DNA of 63,565 bases, counting the filler, from Malassezia furfur (taxonomy: Eukaryota): the NCBI GenBank assembly GCA_052055015.1. It is 7 parts of 7 records of this genome, joined end to end, with 100 filler letters (N's around TTAATTAATTAA, not from the genome) between each part and the next. Parts side by side here need not be neighbours in the genome. Positions count along the whole stretch, not along the records: positions 18,382 to 27,404 come from JBQJIT010000439.1; positions 27,505 to 36,465 come from JBQJIT010000441.1; 5 more parts are not named here. One strand, written 5' to 3'. Positions 21,595 through 32,843 of this stretch are shown here, piece after piece. The notes under the pieces are model-generated. The model saw only the letters and a program-made list of their open reading frames with translations, was not told the origin of the DNA and did not search any database. A program made the translations under genes and the position numbers. Within the stretch, counting starts at the first letter, position 1, and every line of letters starts with the position of its first letter.

Positions 21595-23538
21595 ATGTCG
21601 ACGTCGTCGGGAGCAGGAAGCAAAGCACGCGGGGCGTCCCTGTTCCTCGGCAAGGACTACGAGCGATGGGCGCATCATGACCCCGGGCACATGGTGGGCC
21701 CTGCGTGGAAGGGCGTTCGCAGCGCGCACTCAGTGCGGGTGAACCAGTGGAACGATGCGCCAACGCGCCTGCCGATGCACGCCAGCTCGCTCGGGATCAT
21801 CGCCGAGCGTGCACACGAAAAAATCCCCGTGAACGGCAGTGCGATGGACGGCGCGGTACCGTTGCATTGGCAATTTGACGAGCACACCCTCTTTTCACCG
21901 TCGCCGGCGTCGCCCGACTTTGACGTTAGCACAGCGCCGAAGAGCCCCGTGAACGCTGAGGCGCTGGCGAGCCGGCTCAATGACGCCAAACTGCGCTCGC
22001 CGCCGGCGTTGCCATCGCCGGGTGTCGCGACGCCACACAAGGGCGCGCCGTCCAAGCTCGATGTGCTTCCGCGCGTGCCGACGACCAAGCCTGGCTCGGC
22101 CAAGTCGCTGTTTGAGCCGGATGCGTCGGGCCCATCGTGGAGGCAGATGCCGAGTGCCGAGGTGCGGCGCAAGCGGCGCTTGCGTTTGCTGAACGCGGCC
22201 AAGCGCGAGCGGCGGCGCTCCACGCCGTCGAGCGCCGAAGAGGGCGTGTGGATGGAGCCCTGCATCCCGCTGTACGGCAACCTCGAGCTGTACAGGCTGG
22301 TGCCGCGGCGCACGGTCGAGCACGTCGAGGGCACACTGTACGATACCGAGGGCCCATTCATGGAGGGTGCGACAAGCGACAGTCTGAGCGTGCGCCTCTT
22401 TTACGCGCCGCCGCCCGAGGGCAGCACAGAGGAAGGTGTGTCGTACCTAATCACGACGCCCGACAACCGAGTCTTCAGTGCGGCGAAGCGGCGGCGGTGG
22501 GCGATGGACAACCGCGGCAACTTTTTTGCGGCGATGGAGATGAAGAGCATCGACTCCAAGCTGGCAGCGCTGCGCAAGGACATGCGCGACCCTGTGCACA
22601 ACGACGAGTACGAGCAGGATTTGCGCCAGCACTTCTTGGACGACGTGCTGGACGAGCTGCAAAAGGCTGAGTCGCTCAGCGAGGGCAGCTGCGTCCCGCC
22701 GCACCTGCTCCAGACCGAGGATGGGAAGCTGGTGCGTCTCGAAAAGGACTTTCCCGAGGAGGTGTTTTTCGCGATCGCCGGATGCACCGACGTTCAGGTA
22801 TACCCCGTGATTGCCAAGGTGTTTGTCGAGGCGATCCAGGCGCTCTGGGATCTCCACTCGCACGGCTGGATGCACGGCGACATCAAGCTCGAGAACCTCA
22901 TGTTTGACGAGACAGGCAAGCTCGTACTGATCGACTTTGAAAATGCGAGCCCCTTTCGTGGCTCACGGCAGCACGACGGCAAGATCCAGCTGCTGAGTTT
23001 TGACTGGACGCCGCCCGAGATGGAGGTGAGCCACCTGGGCCGCCGCATCGGCCCCTCGGGCGACCTGTGGGCGCTCGGCTGCAATCTGATTCGCGCGTTT
23101 GCATTGCGCGACGGCGTCGAGGATGCCACCGTGCGCGACATGCTGCTTGGCAGCGGTCTGCCGGCGTTTTTTGCGTTCCGCGAGACGCTTTTGCACGGTC
23201 CCGAGCAAGACTTTGGCGTAGACTTGGCGCCCCTGCTGGCGCTCGCCGATTCGGAGGGGGACACACCCCACATCCATCCTGCGCGGATGCTGCGCCGCTT
23301 TGCCTATGAGGCGCCGCGTCTGCTGCAGTACGTGCTGCACTACAGCGTTGCGCCGACCCCCGCGGAGCGCAACGAGCTGAAAGGCGTGCGTCTCGCGCAA
23401 GAGATGCTCGACGATCCACGCAACCGTCCGTTGTGGGACGAGGTCAAGCAAGCACTGGACAAGTCGATTGCGATGAGCGGCAGCACTTGGGTTCGCCCGA
23501 AACTCGACGAGGCGCGAGCGATCCTCGAGCTGTCGTAG
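21595..23538 (+). CDS. Atypical Ser/Thr protein kinase-like protein
   Basis: C-lobe motifs HGDIKLEN, LIDFENA, WTPPE and GDLWALG; no recognisable Gly-loop or VAIK. Confidence 0.75.
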   Translation: MSTSSGAGSKARGASLFLGKDYERWAHHDPGHMVGPAWKGVRSAHSVRVNQWNDAPTRLPMHASSLGIIAERAHEKIPVNGSAMDGAVPLHWQFDEHTLFSPSPASPDFDVSTAPKSPVNAEALASRLNDAKLRSPPALPSPGVATPHKGAPSKLDVLPRVPTTKPGSAKSLFEPDASGPSWRQMPSAEVRRKRRLRLLNAAKRERRRSTPSSAEEGVWMEPCIPLYGNLELYRLVPRRTVEHVEGTLYDTEGPFMEGATSDSLSVRLFYAPPPEGSTEEGVSYLITTPDNRVFSAAKRRRWAMDNRGNFFAAMEMKSIDSKLAALRKDMRDPVHNDEYEQDLRQHFLDDVLDELQKAESLSEGSCVPPHLLQTEDGKLVRLEKDFPEEVFFAIAGCTDVQVYPVIAKVFVEAIQALWDLHSHGWMHGDIKLENLMFDETGKLVLIDFENASPFRGSRQHDGKIQLLSFDWTPPEMEVSHLGRRIGPSGDLWALGCNLIRAFALRDGVEDATVRDMLLGSGLPAFFAFRETLLHGPEQDFGVDLAPLLALADSEGDTPHIHPARMLRRFAYEAPRLLQYVLHYSVAPTPAERNELKGVRLAQEMLDDPRNRPLWDEVKQALDKSIAMSGSTWVRPKLDEARAILELS

Positions 23539-23585
23539 TCGCGCCCGTCCGTAGGCTTCTGTCTAGAATACACAATTGTACAGAA

Positions 23586-26342
23586 CTACTCTTCTCCATC
23601 GCTCGGTGCGCCGCCGTCCTGCGCCAGGCTCGCGATGAGCGCCTCGAGCTGCGACTGAATCGCCTGGTTTTTGGCCGCATCTGACAAGCTGTCGTCGGGC
23701 AGCGTCGCACCGAGCTCGGCGTCAGACACGGGCGCCTCGGGCGCCGCCGATGCCGCGGGCCCCGCGTCGTGCGCCGCGCTCGCGTCCGGTGCCGGGATCG
23801 GCACACTGGGGTCGCGCAGCGTCTCGGTGAGATGGCGCACCGCCTCACCCGATACGTCGACCCCGTACGACTTGAGCAGCGACGCCATGCGGCTCTCACT
23901 CGACTCCTCCTCGTGGTGCGCCGCGTGATGCTCTCCGTGCTCGTCGTGCTCACCATCGTGCGGCGAATGCGACGCGGACAAGTCGGCCTCGGCTTCGGCA
24001 ATCGCCCGCTCGTCCGCGAGGTGCCGCTCGTTTTCATCGTCATCGTCGTCGTCAGCGCCCGCACCGGTGAGAGCGGCGGTGAGCGTGCGCAGCGCATCGC
24101 TGTAGTCGGACAAATCGATGCCTGCGAGCTCGTTGGCCTCGCCACCGTCCGCGTCGCGGCTCGGCGCATCCGACGGCCCAATCTCCTGGAAGGCTGCCTC
24201 GAGCGTCTGCGACACGGCGGCATCGAGGTCTGCCTGCGACGTGCCCGGCGCCGACTCAAGCTCGCCGTGCGCGTCCTGCGTCGCCTGCGCAGCGCGCGAG
24301 GCCTGGCGCATCAGCGTCTCGATCGACGCGCTCAGCGAACCAGGGCCACTTGCCGGCAGCGTCGTCGGCAGCGCCTCGGCAGACTCGGCGGGCTTCGGCG
24401 CGGCGTCCTCCGTGCGGGTGCCCAGCAGGCGCGACAAGCTTTGCAGTACGGGTGGCGACGCAAACGTGTTGCCCACGTTCCCGGCACCGCTCTGCTCCGC
24501 GAGTGGCATGGCCGCCATCGCAGGACTCGGCTCAACGCCGGGCGTCGTTGCAAAGCCAGGGTGCTGTACGTGCTTAAGCAGCGCTGAGGCAAGCATGCTC
24601 GACAGCGACGACGAGCCGGTGCCCGGTGTGCCATCCGCGCCTTGGTTCGATGCACGCAGCTGCTGTACGAGCGAGGTAAGCGACGGCGTGAGGTCCGACG
24701 ACGTCCCTTCGCTGCCTGGGTTGCGTGTGCGCTGTTGGTGTGCCAGTAGCAGCGCCGCGGCCGCTGCGCCGTTCTGGAAAATGCTGCTCGCAGGGTTGTC
24801 GAGCGGCGCTGCGCCCGGCTGGCCATACGGCTTGGGGCCGGGACGCAGGCTCTGCAGCAGGCGCGAGTGCGCGCTGCGCTGCTTCGAAAAGGGACTCGTC
24901 GACTGCCGGTACGCGGCGGCGCCCTGGTACTGCGCCCGTGCCTTGAACGGACTCGCGGGCGCAGGGCCTTTCGGGCCGTTGACCATCATCGGGTGGTCCT
25001 TGCCCACCTGCGGACGGCGCGTAGGCTTGCGGCCCGTGTTGCTCCCGTCCCAGTCGGGGTTGATGCGATACAGGCTGCCGACCTTATGCAGCCGGCCGCG
25101 CTTGAACGCCTTTTGCAGTGCCTGGCTTGCCGAGGGACGGAAGTTTTTCATCAGCGGATACGTATCCTCCATCCAGTGGAACAGCATGCGCGGCGGCGTG
25201 CCGTTCACGTCACCAATCGCCTGCAGGCCCTCAACGATCATGTCCTCGTACGATGGCAGCGTGCTCGTCACGCGCGCCGTGTCGCGATGCTGTGCGCCGC
25301 TGCCGTCGTGCGCATCGTCGCCATATGGGGTATTCGACGTGCCGAGCCCCGTGCTGGAGGTGCTCCCCAGTCGTGTGTAGTCAAATGGACCCGGCGTCGG
25401 GCGCGGAACATCCATGTGCGGCACATAGCGGGGCGTGTCGGCCGTCGGCGTACGCGTGAACGTCGATGCACCGTTCTGCTCCAGCAGCTTGGTGAGCGCC
25501 GAGTTCGCCGGTGTGCGCGCGCCGCTCAGCAGGCTGGACTGGTTCAACAACGACGAAAGGTGGCCGGGCGCCGTGCTGCCGGGCGTCTGCTTCGACGGAG
25601 CGAGTGGCTGGCCCTGTAGGTTGAGCATTGGGCTGGACGAGTTGTTATTGTGGATCGAGTCGAGGATTGCCGCAATCCGCGAAGAGATGTTAGCACTGCT
25701 CGACAGCGCCGATGCATGTGCCGCATCCGATGTGGACTCTGCAGTCGCGGGCGCTTGAGCGGGCGCAGTCGCGTGCGCTGGCGTAGGCGCACCGACCGAC
25801 GTCGACGGCGCCGAGGGCACATCGCTCCGCGGCGCCGGTAGTGCGCTCGGCGTGGCATGGCTTGGCGCAGGCGGCGTGGCGCCTGAGGGCGCGGGTATCG
25901 AGGGGGTATAGGGCCGCGGAACCGCCGGTGGCACGCTGGTTGGCGCAGCAGAGGCCGCGGGCGTGGGCGCGCCGGACGTGGTAGGCGGCGCCACGTGCTG
26001 CGCCGGTGTGTTGTGCGTCGGCGCGACAGCGGCCGCTGCAGCCTGGTCCAGGTGGAACTGGGCGATGCGCTCCTCGAGGTTGTCGGGGTACAGCAGCGCG
26101 TACAGATCGGCCTCGTGCGGGGTATCGTGGAGCAGCTGCTCGATCTGTCGCACGAGGTGCAGCAAGTCGGGCTTCGACAGACTGTCCAAGTACGCGTCGG
26201 CCAACGCGGGCCGGGTGGTGTTGGCGCGCACGCGCTTCGACGCATTCGATGCGTCAGTTGACGTGCGCGTGGAGGTGTGCAGCACCTCGTCGTCCGGGGT
26301 GTGCGAGCGCTTCATCGCGAGGGAGGTGCCGGCCTGCATCAT
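23586..26342 (-). CDS. Large disordered protein with a linker-histone H15-like winged-helix domain
   Basis: LPSYEDMIVEGLQAIGDVNGTPPRMLFHWMEDTYPLMKNFRPSASQALQKAFKRGRLHKVGSLYRIN resembles the H1/H5 globular domain; acidic C-terminus. Confidence 0.7.
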   Translation of the reverse strand: MMQAGTSLAMKRSHTPDDEVLHTSTRTSTDASNASKRVRANTTRPALADAYLDSLSKPDLLHLVRQIEQLLHDTPHEADLYALLYPDNLEERIAQFHLDQAAAAAVAPTHNTPAQHVAPPTTSGAPTPAASAAPTSVPPAVPRPYTPSIPAPSGATPPAPSHATPSALPAPRSDVPSAPSTSVGAPTPAHATAPAQAPATAESTSDAAHASALSSSANISSRIAAILDSIHNNNSSSPMLNLQGQPLAPSKQTPGSTAPGHLSSLLNQSSLLSGARTPANSALTKLLEQNGASTFTRTPTADTPRYVPHMDVPRPTPGPFDYTRLGSTSSTGLGTSNTPYGDDAHDGSGAQHRDTARVTSTLPSYEDMIVEGLQAIGDVNGTPPRMLFHWMEDTYPLMKNFRPSASQALQKAFKRGRLHKVGSLYRINPDWDGSNTGRKPTRRPQVGKDHPMMVNGPKGPAPASPFKARAQYQGAAAYRQSTSPFSKQRSAHSRLLQSLRPGPKPYGQPGAAPLDNPASSIFQNGAAAAALLLAHQQRTRNPGSEGTSSDLTPSLTSLVQQLRASNQGADGTPGTGSSSLSSMLASALLKHVQHPGFATTPGVEPSPAMAAMPLAEQSGAGNVGNTFASPPVLQSLSRLLGTRTEDAAPKPAESAEALPTTLPASGPGSLSASIETLMRQASRAAQATQDAHGELESAPGTSQADLDAAVSQTLEAAFQEIGPSDAPSRDADGGEANELAGIDLSDYSDALRTLTAALTGAGADDDDDDENERHLADERAIAEAEADLSASHSPHDGEHDEHGEHHAAHHEEESSESRMASLLKSYGVDVSGEAVRHLTETLRDPSVPIPAPDASAAHDAGPAASAAPEAPVSDAELGATLPDDSLSDAAKNQAIQSQLEALIASLAQDGGAPSDGEE

Positions 26343-26935
26343 CAAAGACGGCCGGGGGTCGGCGCACCCGAGGCACCCACTCACGCGCGGCGAGGCGTTG
26401 GGGGCGCGGTCGGGTGTGTTGGACTGGACGATTGACACGGAAAGTGTCCTGTGCGCACGCGCTCTCCTTGGTTCACCGTCCGAGCGCCGATCTACGCGCT
26501 GTCGGGTGATTCCTGTGGAGCTGTACAGTTCGCTCACGAAGGCGTAGCGGAGCACCTGAGACGAAAAAAAACTGTATATTTTGCTAGCCGGGGCCCGGTG
26601 TACGCGGCACCCACTGCACGGCACGTGCCGGGTCATGAGGCCCTTGTAAGGTTCCTGGCCACGTGATGTAAAGCTTGGTTGGGCGTCGAGGATTCTCGCT
26701 TGGGCGTCAGGCGTGTGCATATGACGCGCGTTTCCCCGCCTTCAATGCGGCAAACGCGGATTGGCCGCATGTGTTTGGGGAAAAAAATCGGCGGCTAGAA
26801 TCGGGCAGTGGGCTGAATTTGGCGCAGGGGGAGCAGCAGGGGCCGTGAATCTTGGACGCTTTTCAACATCCACGCGCGCGCTGCGTACACATCCCCATTG
26901 TCGCAACACCGCAAACCTTCCCGAGCGCTCTCGAC

Positions 26936-27404
26936 ATGGAAGAAGGTGGTGAGAAGCAGCACAACGCATTTGTGCGGTTTTTCCTCACGATCGGTCGGCT
27001 GCTATGGGAGATCTGGGGTGAGCCGCTGTTTACCTGGCTTGGCCTGTACGAGCCCAAGGACCCGACGTACGGCCGTTGGGAAATTCCGTTCAGCAAGATG
27101 GAACAGCGGCTGCACGAGAACCCGGATGTTACATGCACCTTCCACAAGGTTATGATGCCTAACGGAAAGGACTGGGTGTGGTACCAAGTGTGGGAAGACA
27201 AGCTCGCGCAGCGCGCGACTGGTCGTGAGGCCGACCTCGTCTTCTGCCACGGTACCGGTGTGCACTCGGGTACGCTGGCAAGCCATTCACGCCGGTATCT
27301 GGATGCCGGCTTCCGCCTGATTGTTCCCGACCTGCCTTCGCACGGCTACTCGACAGGCCTGCACGTCTTCCAACGTTGGATGAAGGGCTACGTTGACGGC
27401 GTGC
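26936..27404 (+). CDS. Alpha/beta hydrolase (monoacylglycerol lipase/lysophospholipase-like), 3' truncated
   Basis: LVFCHGTGVHSG and FRLIVPDLPSHGYSTG motifs; runs into the gap. Confidence 0.8.
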
Positions 27405-27504
27405 NNNNNNNNNNNNNNNNNNNNNNNNNNNNNNNNNNNNNNNNNNNNTTAATTAATTAANNNNNNNNNNNNNNNNNNNNNNNNNNNNNNNNNNNNNNNN
27501 NNNN
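27405..27504. other. Artificial contig spacer
   Basis: N44-TTAATTAATTAA-N44. Confidence 0.99.
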
Positions 27505-27943
27505 CCATCGGAAACTGGCTCTCCAGCACCTCGTCGACCTCGCGCCAGCCGTCCAGCACGCGGTTCTGCTCCTCGTAGAACTCGCGCACGTCCGACTTGC
27601 GGATCTTGGCCAGCGCACCCGGATCGATGCGCGCCTGCTCGTAGTAGCCCGAGCGATGGTCAATCAGCCGCGCCAGCGCCTGCAGGCTCCGGATCGAGCT
27701 CGTGCGCGGCATGTTCGCCAGCGAGTCCTCCGACGACCGCCGCGCAATGTACGGGTTGTAGTACATCCCGCTCGGGCCGCGCGGGTCAGGCGCCGCGTGC
27801 CGCGCGGCGCTCGGCGGCGGCGCACGCGACTGGCTCGACTCGGGCGAGTCGTCCCGCACGCCCACACTGAACTCGGCCGTGGTCCGCACTTTGCGCCCGC
27901 TGCGCGCTTGCTTCTCGCTGCGATCCGACTTGTCTGGGCTCAT
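27505..27943 (-). CDS. Cation diffusion facilitator (Mn-CDF/MTP-like), N-terminal fragment
   Basis: VREFYEEQNRVLDGWREVDE resembles the N-terminal FYxxQN motif of Mn-CDFs; truncated by the gap. Confidence 0.6.
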
Positions 27944-28479
27944 CGTGTTGCTCGATAACACCGGCACACGTATGGCCTAGCTGCCTCCGGCGCTTGCTCG
28001 GCAAGGTCGCAATCGCTGAGCAAGACGCGCCGGACCTCCACCCGGCCCCATCCACTACGATACGTGCTCCTGGGATTTACGCCCCAGGCGTGCGCTGGGG
28101 CAACACGCGGCTCGTGACGCCGTCGGTGCGCCCGTTGCCGCGCGGCGCGCTCGCCGCCGCCGCGGCACCCATCCTCGCCCGTGGCCCAGCCGTGGCGATG
28201 GCACGTCGCGGCACAGCAACACGCGCACATAGACTCGCCGGTCCCTATCTATCTAGGCTCGCACACCGCACTATCTAGCCCCGCGACTACGACACGCCGC
28301 CTCGGCGCACCTGTCTCGCGGGGCCACCGAGCACGCCAAGCGCCTGACACGCCGTGCTCTCTTCCCCGCTTTGCCGCGCAGACGATGTCTCTGCCGCGCA
28401 TCGTACTTGACGCGCGCGGGCGATTGGCGGGATGGCTTACGCCGTGCCGCAATCAAATGCCTTGCTTAGGGCGCCCACG

Positions 28480-28639
28480 GATAAGGGGCGCATCTTCCCA
28501 TTCTCGGCGATTGGTTTATCAGCTCGGCTTTATCTATAGAGGCCTGCCTATCCATTTGGCTAAGCTGTGTGGAGGCGGAAAAAAGAGCAAATCACGAGAC
28601 TTCATTTTCCAGGGGCAGGCCGCTAGTTTTGCAGATAAG
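28480..28639. promoter_or_regulatory. GATA-factor (AreA/Nit2-type) site cluster upstream of permease 1
   Basis: GATAAG at 28480 and 28634; TTATC at 28516 and 28530; CTATC at 28548. Confidence 0.6.
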
Positions 28640-28726
28640 CCATCCTTCTGTTTAGAAGCGAAATAAAAACGGCTTCGAATCTGCGCAGCACACTTCCGCA
28701 ACGACCTCTCTTCCAGATCGTTCACC

Positions 28727-30512
28727 ATGAAGTTCCTACAGAATTGGATCGATGGCTTCAAGCCAGGTGTCGAGGGGTTCGGCAAGGACCCGACATATGC
28801 TGTCGACCCGGAGTACCAGGAGGCTGCGCCGTCCTCCGATAAGATGGACGAAGCCCTCGGCAAGGACGAGTTCTCCAACGCAACCGTCGCCGTAAAGACC
28901 GCCGACGGCGGTGTGGCCTTCGTCCCGGAGAAGACCGGTCTTAAGCGCTCGCTCGGCGGTCGCCACATCCAGTTCATCGCGCTCGGCGGCAGTATCGGCA
29001 CGGGTCTCTTCATCGGTTCCGGCTCGAACCTCGCGACCGGCGGGCCAGGCTCGCTGATGCTCGGCTTCATCATCGTCTCGGTCATGATCATCACCACCGT
29101 GTTTGCGCTCGGTGAGCTCGCTGCCGTGCTCCCCGTGACCGGTGCCTTCTCGACCTACTCGACGCGCTTCATCGACCCCTCGTGGGGCTTTGCGATGGGC
29201 TACAACTATTGGCTCCAGTGGCTCGTCTCGCTCCCGCTCGAGCTGACGGCCGCGACGATCATCATCCAGTACTGGGACAAGGATATTGTTGTGCCGCAGG
29301 GCGTGTGGATCGCCGTCGGCCTGATCATCATGATCGTCATCAATCTGTGTGGTGTGCGGGGCTATGGTGAATTCGAGTTCGTCGCGGCCTTCCTCAAAGT
29401 CATTGGGTGCATCGGCTTCATCATCTGTGCGATCGTGATCGACTGCGGCGGCACGCCCAGCGGCTACTACATGGGTGCCCAGGGCTGGCACCAGGAGGGC
29501 GGCGCATTCAAGAACGGGTTCAAGGGCTTCTGCAGTGTGTTCATCACCGCCGCGTTCGCCTTCTCGGGCACCGAGCTTGTCGGTCTCGCCGCCGCCGAGA
29601 CGGAGAACCCGCGCCGCCAGCTGCCCAAGGCGTGCAAGCAGGTCGTGTTCCGTGTGCTGATCTTCTACATCCTGTCGCTCTTTATGATCACGCTGATCGT
29701 CTCACCCAACGCGCACGAGCTCAACAATAGCGGCAGCGGCAACGACCCGAACGCCTCGCCGTTCGTGATTGCGATCAAGATGGGCGCGATCAACTACCTC
29801 GACAAGATCTTCAACGCCGTCATCCTCATCTCGTCGCTGTCCGTCGGCAACGCGGCCATCTACGGTGCCTCGCGTACGCTCCTCTCGCTCGCCGAGCAGG
29901 GCCTCGCCCCCAAAATCTTCCGCTACATCGACCGCGAGGGCCGCCCGCTGCCCGCCGTCATCCTCTCGCTGCTCTTCGGCCTGCTTGGCTTCCTGATCTA
30001 CTCGAGCGACCCCATGACCGTCTTTGTACGTATTTTGCCTAACCAAACAGGATTGGCTGCTCGCCATCTCGGGTCTCGCTGCCATCTTCACTTGGGCGTC
30101 GGTGTGTATGGTCCACATCCGCTTCCGCCACGCGTGGGCCGACCAGGGCAACCCGCTCGAGCTGCTCCCGTGGGCGTCGCCGCTCGGTGTCATTGGCTCG
30201 TACATCGGCTTGACGATGAACGTGCTCGTGATCATCGCCTCCTTCTACGCCGGTGCGTGGCCGATCGGCGAGGGCGAAGACAACGCGTCCGACCGCGCCG
30301 ACGACTTCTTCGAGAGCATGCTTTCGCTGCCCGTCGTCCTCGTCTTCTTCCTCGGCCACAAGCTGGTCACACGCAGCCGCTTTGTGCGCCTGAGCGAAAT
30401 CGATATCCACACCGGCCGCCGCGACCCGGTGTCGCTCGAGGTGCTGGAGCAGGAGCGTGCCGAGGACCGCGCGAAGCCGCTCTACCTCAAGATTATCGAC
30501 TTCTTTATTTAA
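28727..30512 (+). CDS. Amino acid permease (APC/YAT family, Gap1-like), copy 1
   Basis: RHIQFIALGGSIGTGLFIG and FAFSGTELVG. A 25-nt intron at 30026-30050 restores TVF|DWLLAISGL, matching the paralogs. Confidence 0.93.
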
Positions 30513-30778
30513 GTGTTGTGTATTCTGTACCTAGAGGCCGCTGCGCGCGGCCGCCATACCCCCCCGTAGTAGCCCGGATGCCGGGCTCGCATCTTGCTTT
30601 CCTCGCCGCGGCGCACCGATGCCGAGAGATGCGTTTGTCGTGCTTAGTCAACTTCTTCGCGCCGAGGCGCTCCGCGCGAAAAGTGCGGCTAGTCACACCC
30701 CGCCTTGACGTACAGCGTAACGCAGCTCGTGTGCTCCGCAGACCACTCGGGCGCCCTCGTCTCCTTGCTGTAGGCCTT

Positions 30779-32512
30779 ATGGACGCTGCAGACAAACGGA
30801 CCGACCCCTCTGTGGGGTCCCACGGTGCGGCGAGTCCCAGCGTGTCGCCGCACAGCCAGCCCCGCGCCGTTTCTTCTAAGTCGGACATCGAGGCGCATTC
30901 GCACGCCGAGGAAGACGCAATCCTCGATATCACGGAAGAACACGATGCTGCGGACCAAAATGATACCCCTGGCCTGAAACGTGCGCTGCACGGACGGCAC
31001 CTGCGCTTCCTCGCGCTCGGCGGCGGCATCGGCACCGGCCTGTTTGTGGGGACAGGCAACATCCTCTCGACCGGCGGGCCGGGCTCGATGATCATCAACT
31101 TCATCCTGCTCGCCATCATGATGGTCACTGTCATCTTTGCGATCGGAGAGCTCGTCTCCCTGTTCCCCGTCGCAGGCGCCTATACTACCATGCTCACGCG
31201 GTTTGTCGACCCGTCGCTGGGGTTCGCCATCGGCCTCAACTACGTCCTTACCTGGCTCATTATCCTCCCTGTCGAGCTTACAGCCATCACAATCGTCATT
31301 GGGTACTGGGTCGACGACGACACCGTGCCCAAAGGCGTATGGATCGCCATCGTCCTCGTCGTCGTCTTTACCATCAACCTCTTCGGCACACGCACGTTTG
31401 GCGAGGCCGAGTTTTTTGCCACAACCGTCAAGATGGCCGCACTCGTCGGCTTCATCATCTGTGGCATCGTGATCGTGTGCGGCGGCACGCCGTCGGACCG
31501 GTACCTCGGCGCACATACCTGGCACGACCCGGGCGCATTTGCCAATGGCTTCAAGGGCTTCTGCAGCGTGTTCGTGTACGGCGCGTTCTCGTTCGGCGGC
31601 TCGGAGCTCGTGGGCCTCGCGGCCGCCGAGGCCGCCGAGCCACGCAAGCAGCTCCCGCGCGCATGCAAGATGGTCGCTTGGCGCGTGTCCATCTTTTTTG
31701 TGCTCGCGCTGTTCATCATGTCGCTCATCGTGCCGTACAACGACTCGCGCCTGCTCGGCTCGAGCTCGAACCCTCGCGCATCGCCGTTCGTGATCGCCAT
31801 CCAGATCGGCCAGATTCGCGCGCTGCCCCACGTCTTCAACGCCGCCATCCTCACGTCGGTCATCTCCATGTCGAACTCGGCGGTGTACGCCGCGAGCCGC
31901 CTGCTCGTCGGCATGGCCGAGAACAGGCACTTGCCCGCCATCCTCGCATACACGGACCGCAAGGGGCGGCCACTCCCGGCGCTTGTCGTCGTGTTCCTCT
32001 TTGGCCTGCTCGCCTTCCTGATCTACTCCGCATCGGAAGGCGAGATCTTCTCGTGGCTCGTCGGCATTTCCGGCCTGTCCATCATCTTCATGTGGGGCAC
32101 CATCTGCGCGGCGCACCTGCGCTTCCGTCGCGCATGGCGCTTGCGTGGCCACACGCTGCGCGAGCTGCCGTGGTGCTCGCCGATGGGCGTGTGGGGCTCG
32201 TGGTTCGGCATGGTGCTCAACATGCTGCTTCTGGCGGGCAACTTCTACTACTCGGCCTTCCCGATCGGCGAGGGCGAGATGACTGGACAGCAGCGGGCGC
32301 ACGACTTTTTCGAAAACATGATTTCAGCAGTGATTGTGCTATTTTCGTTCCTAATGCACAAGCTGATCACACGGTCGCATATCGTGCGAATCGACGAGAT
32401 CGACCTCGACACCGACCGCCGAGACCCTGTATCGCAAGAGGTGCTTGACCGCGAGCGCGCCGAGGAAGCTGCCAAGCCCATGTGGCTCCGTGTACTTAAT
32501 ATCTTTATCTAG
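30779..32512 (+). CDS. Amino acid permease (YAT family), copy 2
   Basis: RHLRFLALGGGIGTGLFVG and FSFGGSELVG; intronless. Confidence 0.93.
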   Translation: MDAADKRTDPSVGSHGAASPSVSPHSQPRAVSSKSDIEAHSHAEEDAILDITEEHDAADQNDTPGLKRALHGRHLRFLALGGGIGTGLFVGTGNILSTGGPGSMIINFILLAIMMVTVIFAIGELVSLFPVAGAYTTMLTRFVDPSLGFAIGLNYVLTWLIILPVELTAITIVIGYWVDDDTVPKGVWIAIVLVVVFTINLFGTRTFGEAEFFATTVKMAALVGFIICGIVIVCGGTPSDRYLGAHTWHDPGAFANGFKGFCSVFVYGAFSFGGSELVGLAAAEAAEPRKQLPRACKMVAWRVSIFFVLALFIMSLIVPYNDSRLLGSSSNPRASPFVIAIQIGQIRALPHVFNAAILTSVISMSNSAVYAASRLLVGMAENRHLPAILAYTDRKGRPLPALVVVFLFGLLAFLIYSASEGEIFSWLVGISGLSIIFMWGTICAAHLRFRRAWRLRGHTLRELPWCSPMGVWGSWFGMVLNMLLLAGNFYYSAFPIGEGEMTGQQRAHDFFENMISAVIVLFSFLMHKLITRSHIVRIDEIDLDTDRRDPVSQEVLDRERAEEAAKPMWLRVLNIFI

Positions 32513-32718
32513 TCGTGCTTATCTCGGGCCCTATAAACAACGCAAGACTTAAGCTGATCTTGGCACAAATGCGCACCCTAAGCGCAAGCAGTCCAAAACT
32601 GCGCACTTTTAGTCATGCAATGTGTCAGCCCAATCGCGTCGAGCCGAACGTCTGGCGTAGCTATCGTGAATGCTGCAACCCACACGGGGGTGCATGTACG
32701 GCGTACAGAAACAGGTAT

Positions 32719-32748
32719 GATAACTGTCATCTTATCGCGCGAGATAAG
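32719..32748. promoter_or_regulatory. GATA site cluster including inverted pair CTTATC-N6-GATAAG upstream of permease 3
   Basis: GATAA at 32719, CTTATC at 32731, GATAAG at 32743; another CTTATC at 32518. Confidence 0.6.
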
Positions 32749-32843
32749 CCCCATGCGTACATAGTGGGGCCCATAAATTGCAGCGCGCGGATTCTTTGAG
32801 CACCCAGGTGCAAGCTCCCCTCCCAACAACTTACCTCACTCCG

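Noticed and set aside
28727..32512. 1261-aa ORF that looks like a fused double permease
   Set aside because: It results from reading through the 25-nt intron at 30026-30050. Splicing gives a normal permease ending at 30512, and the linker is off-frame sequence in stop-poor GC-rich DNA.
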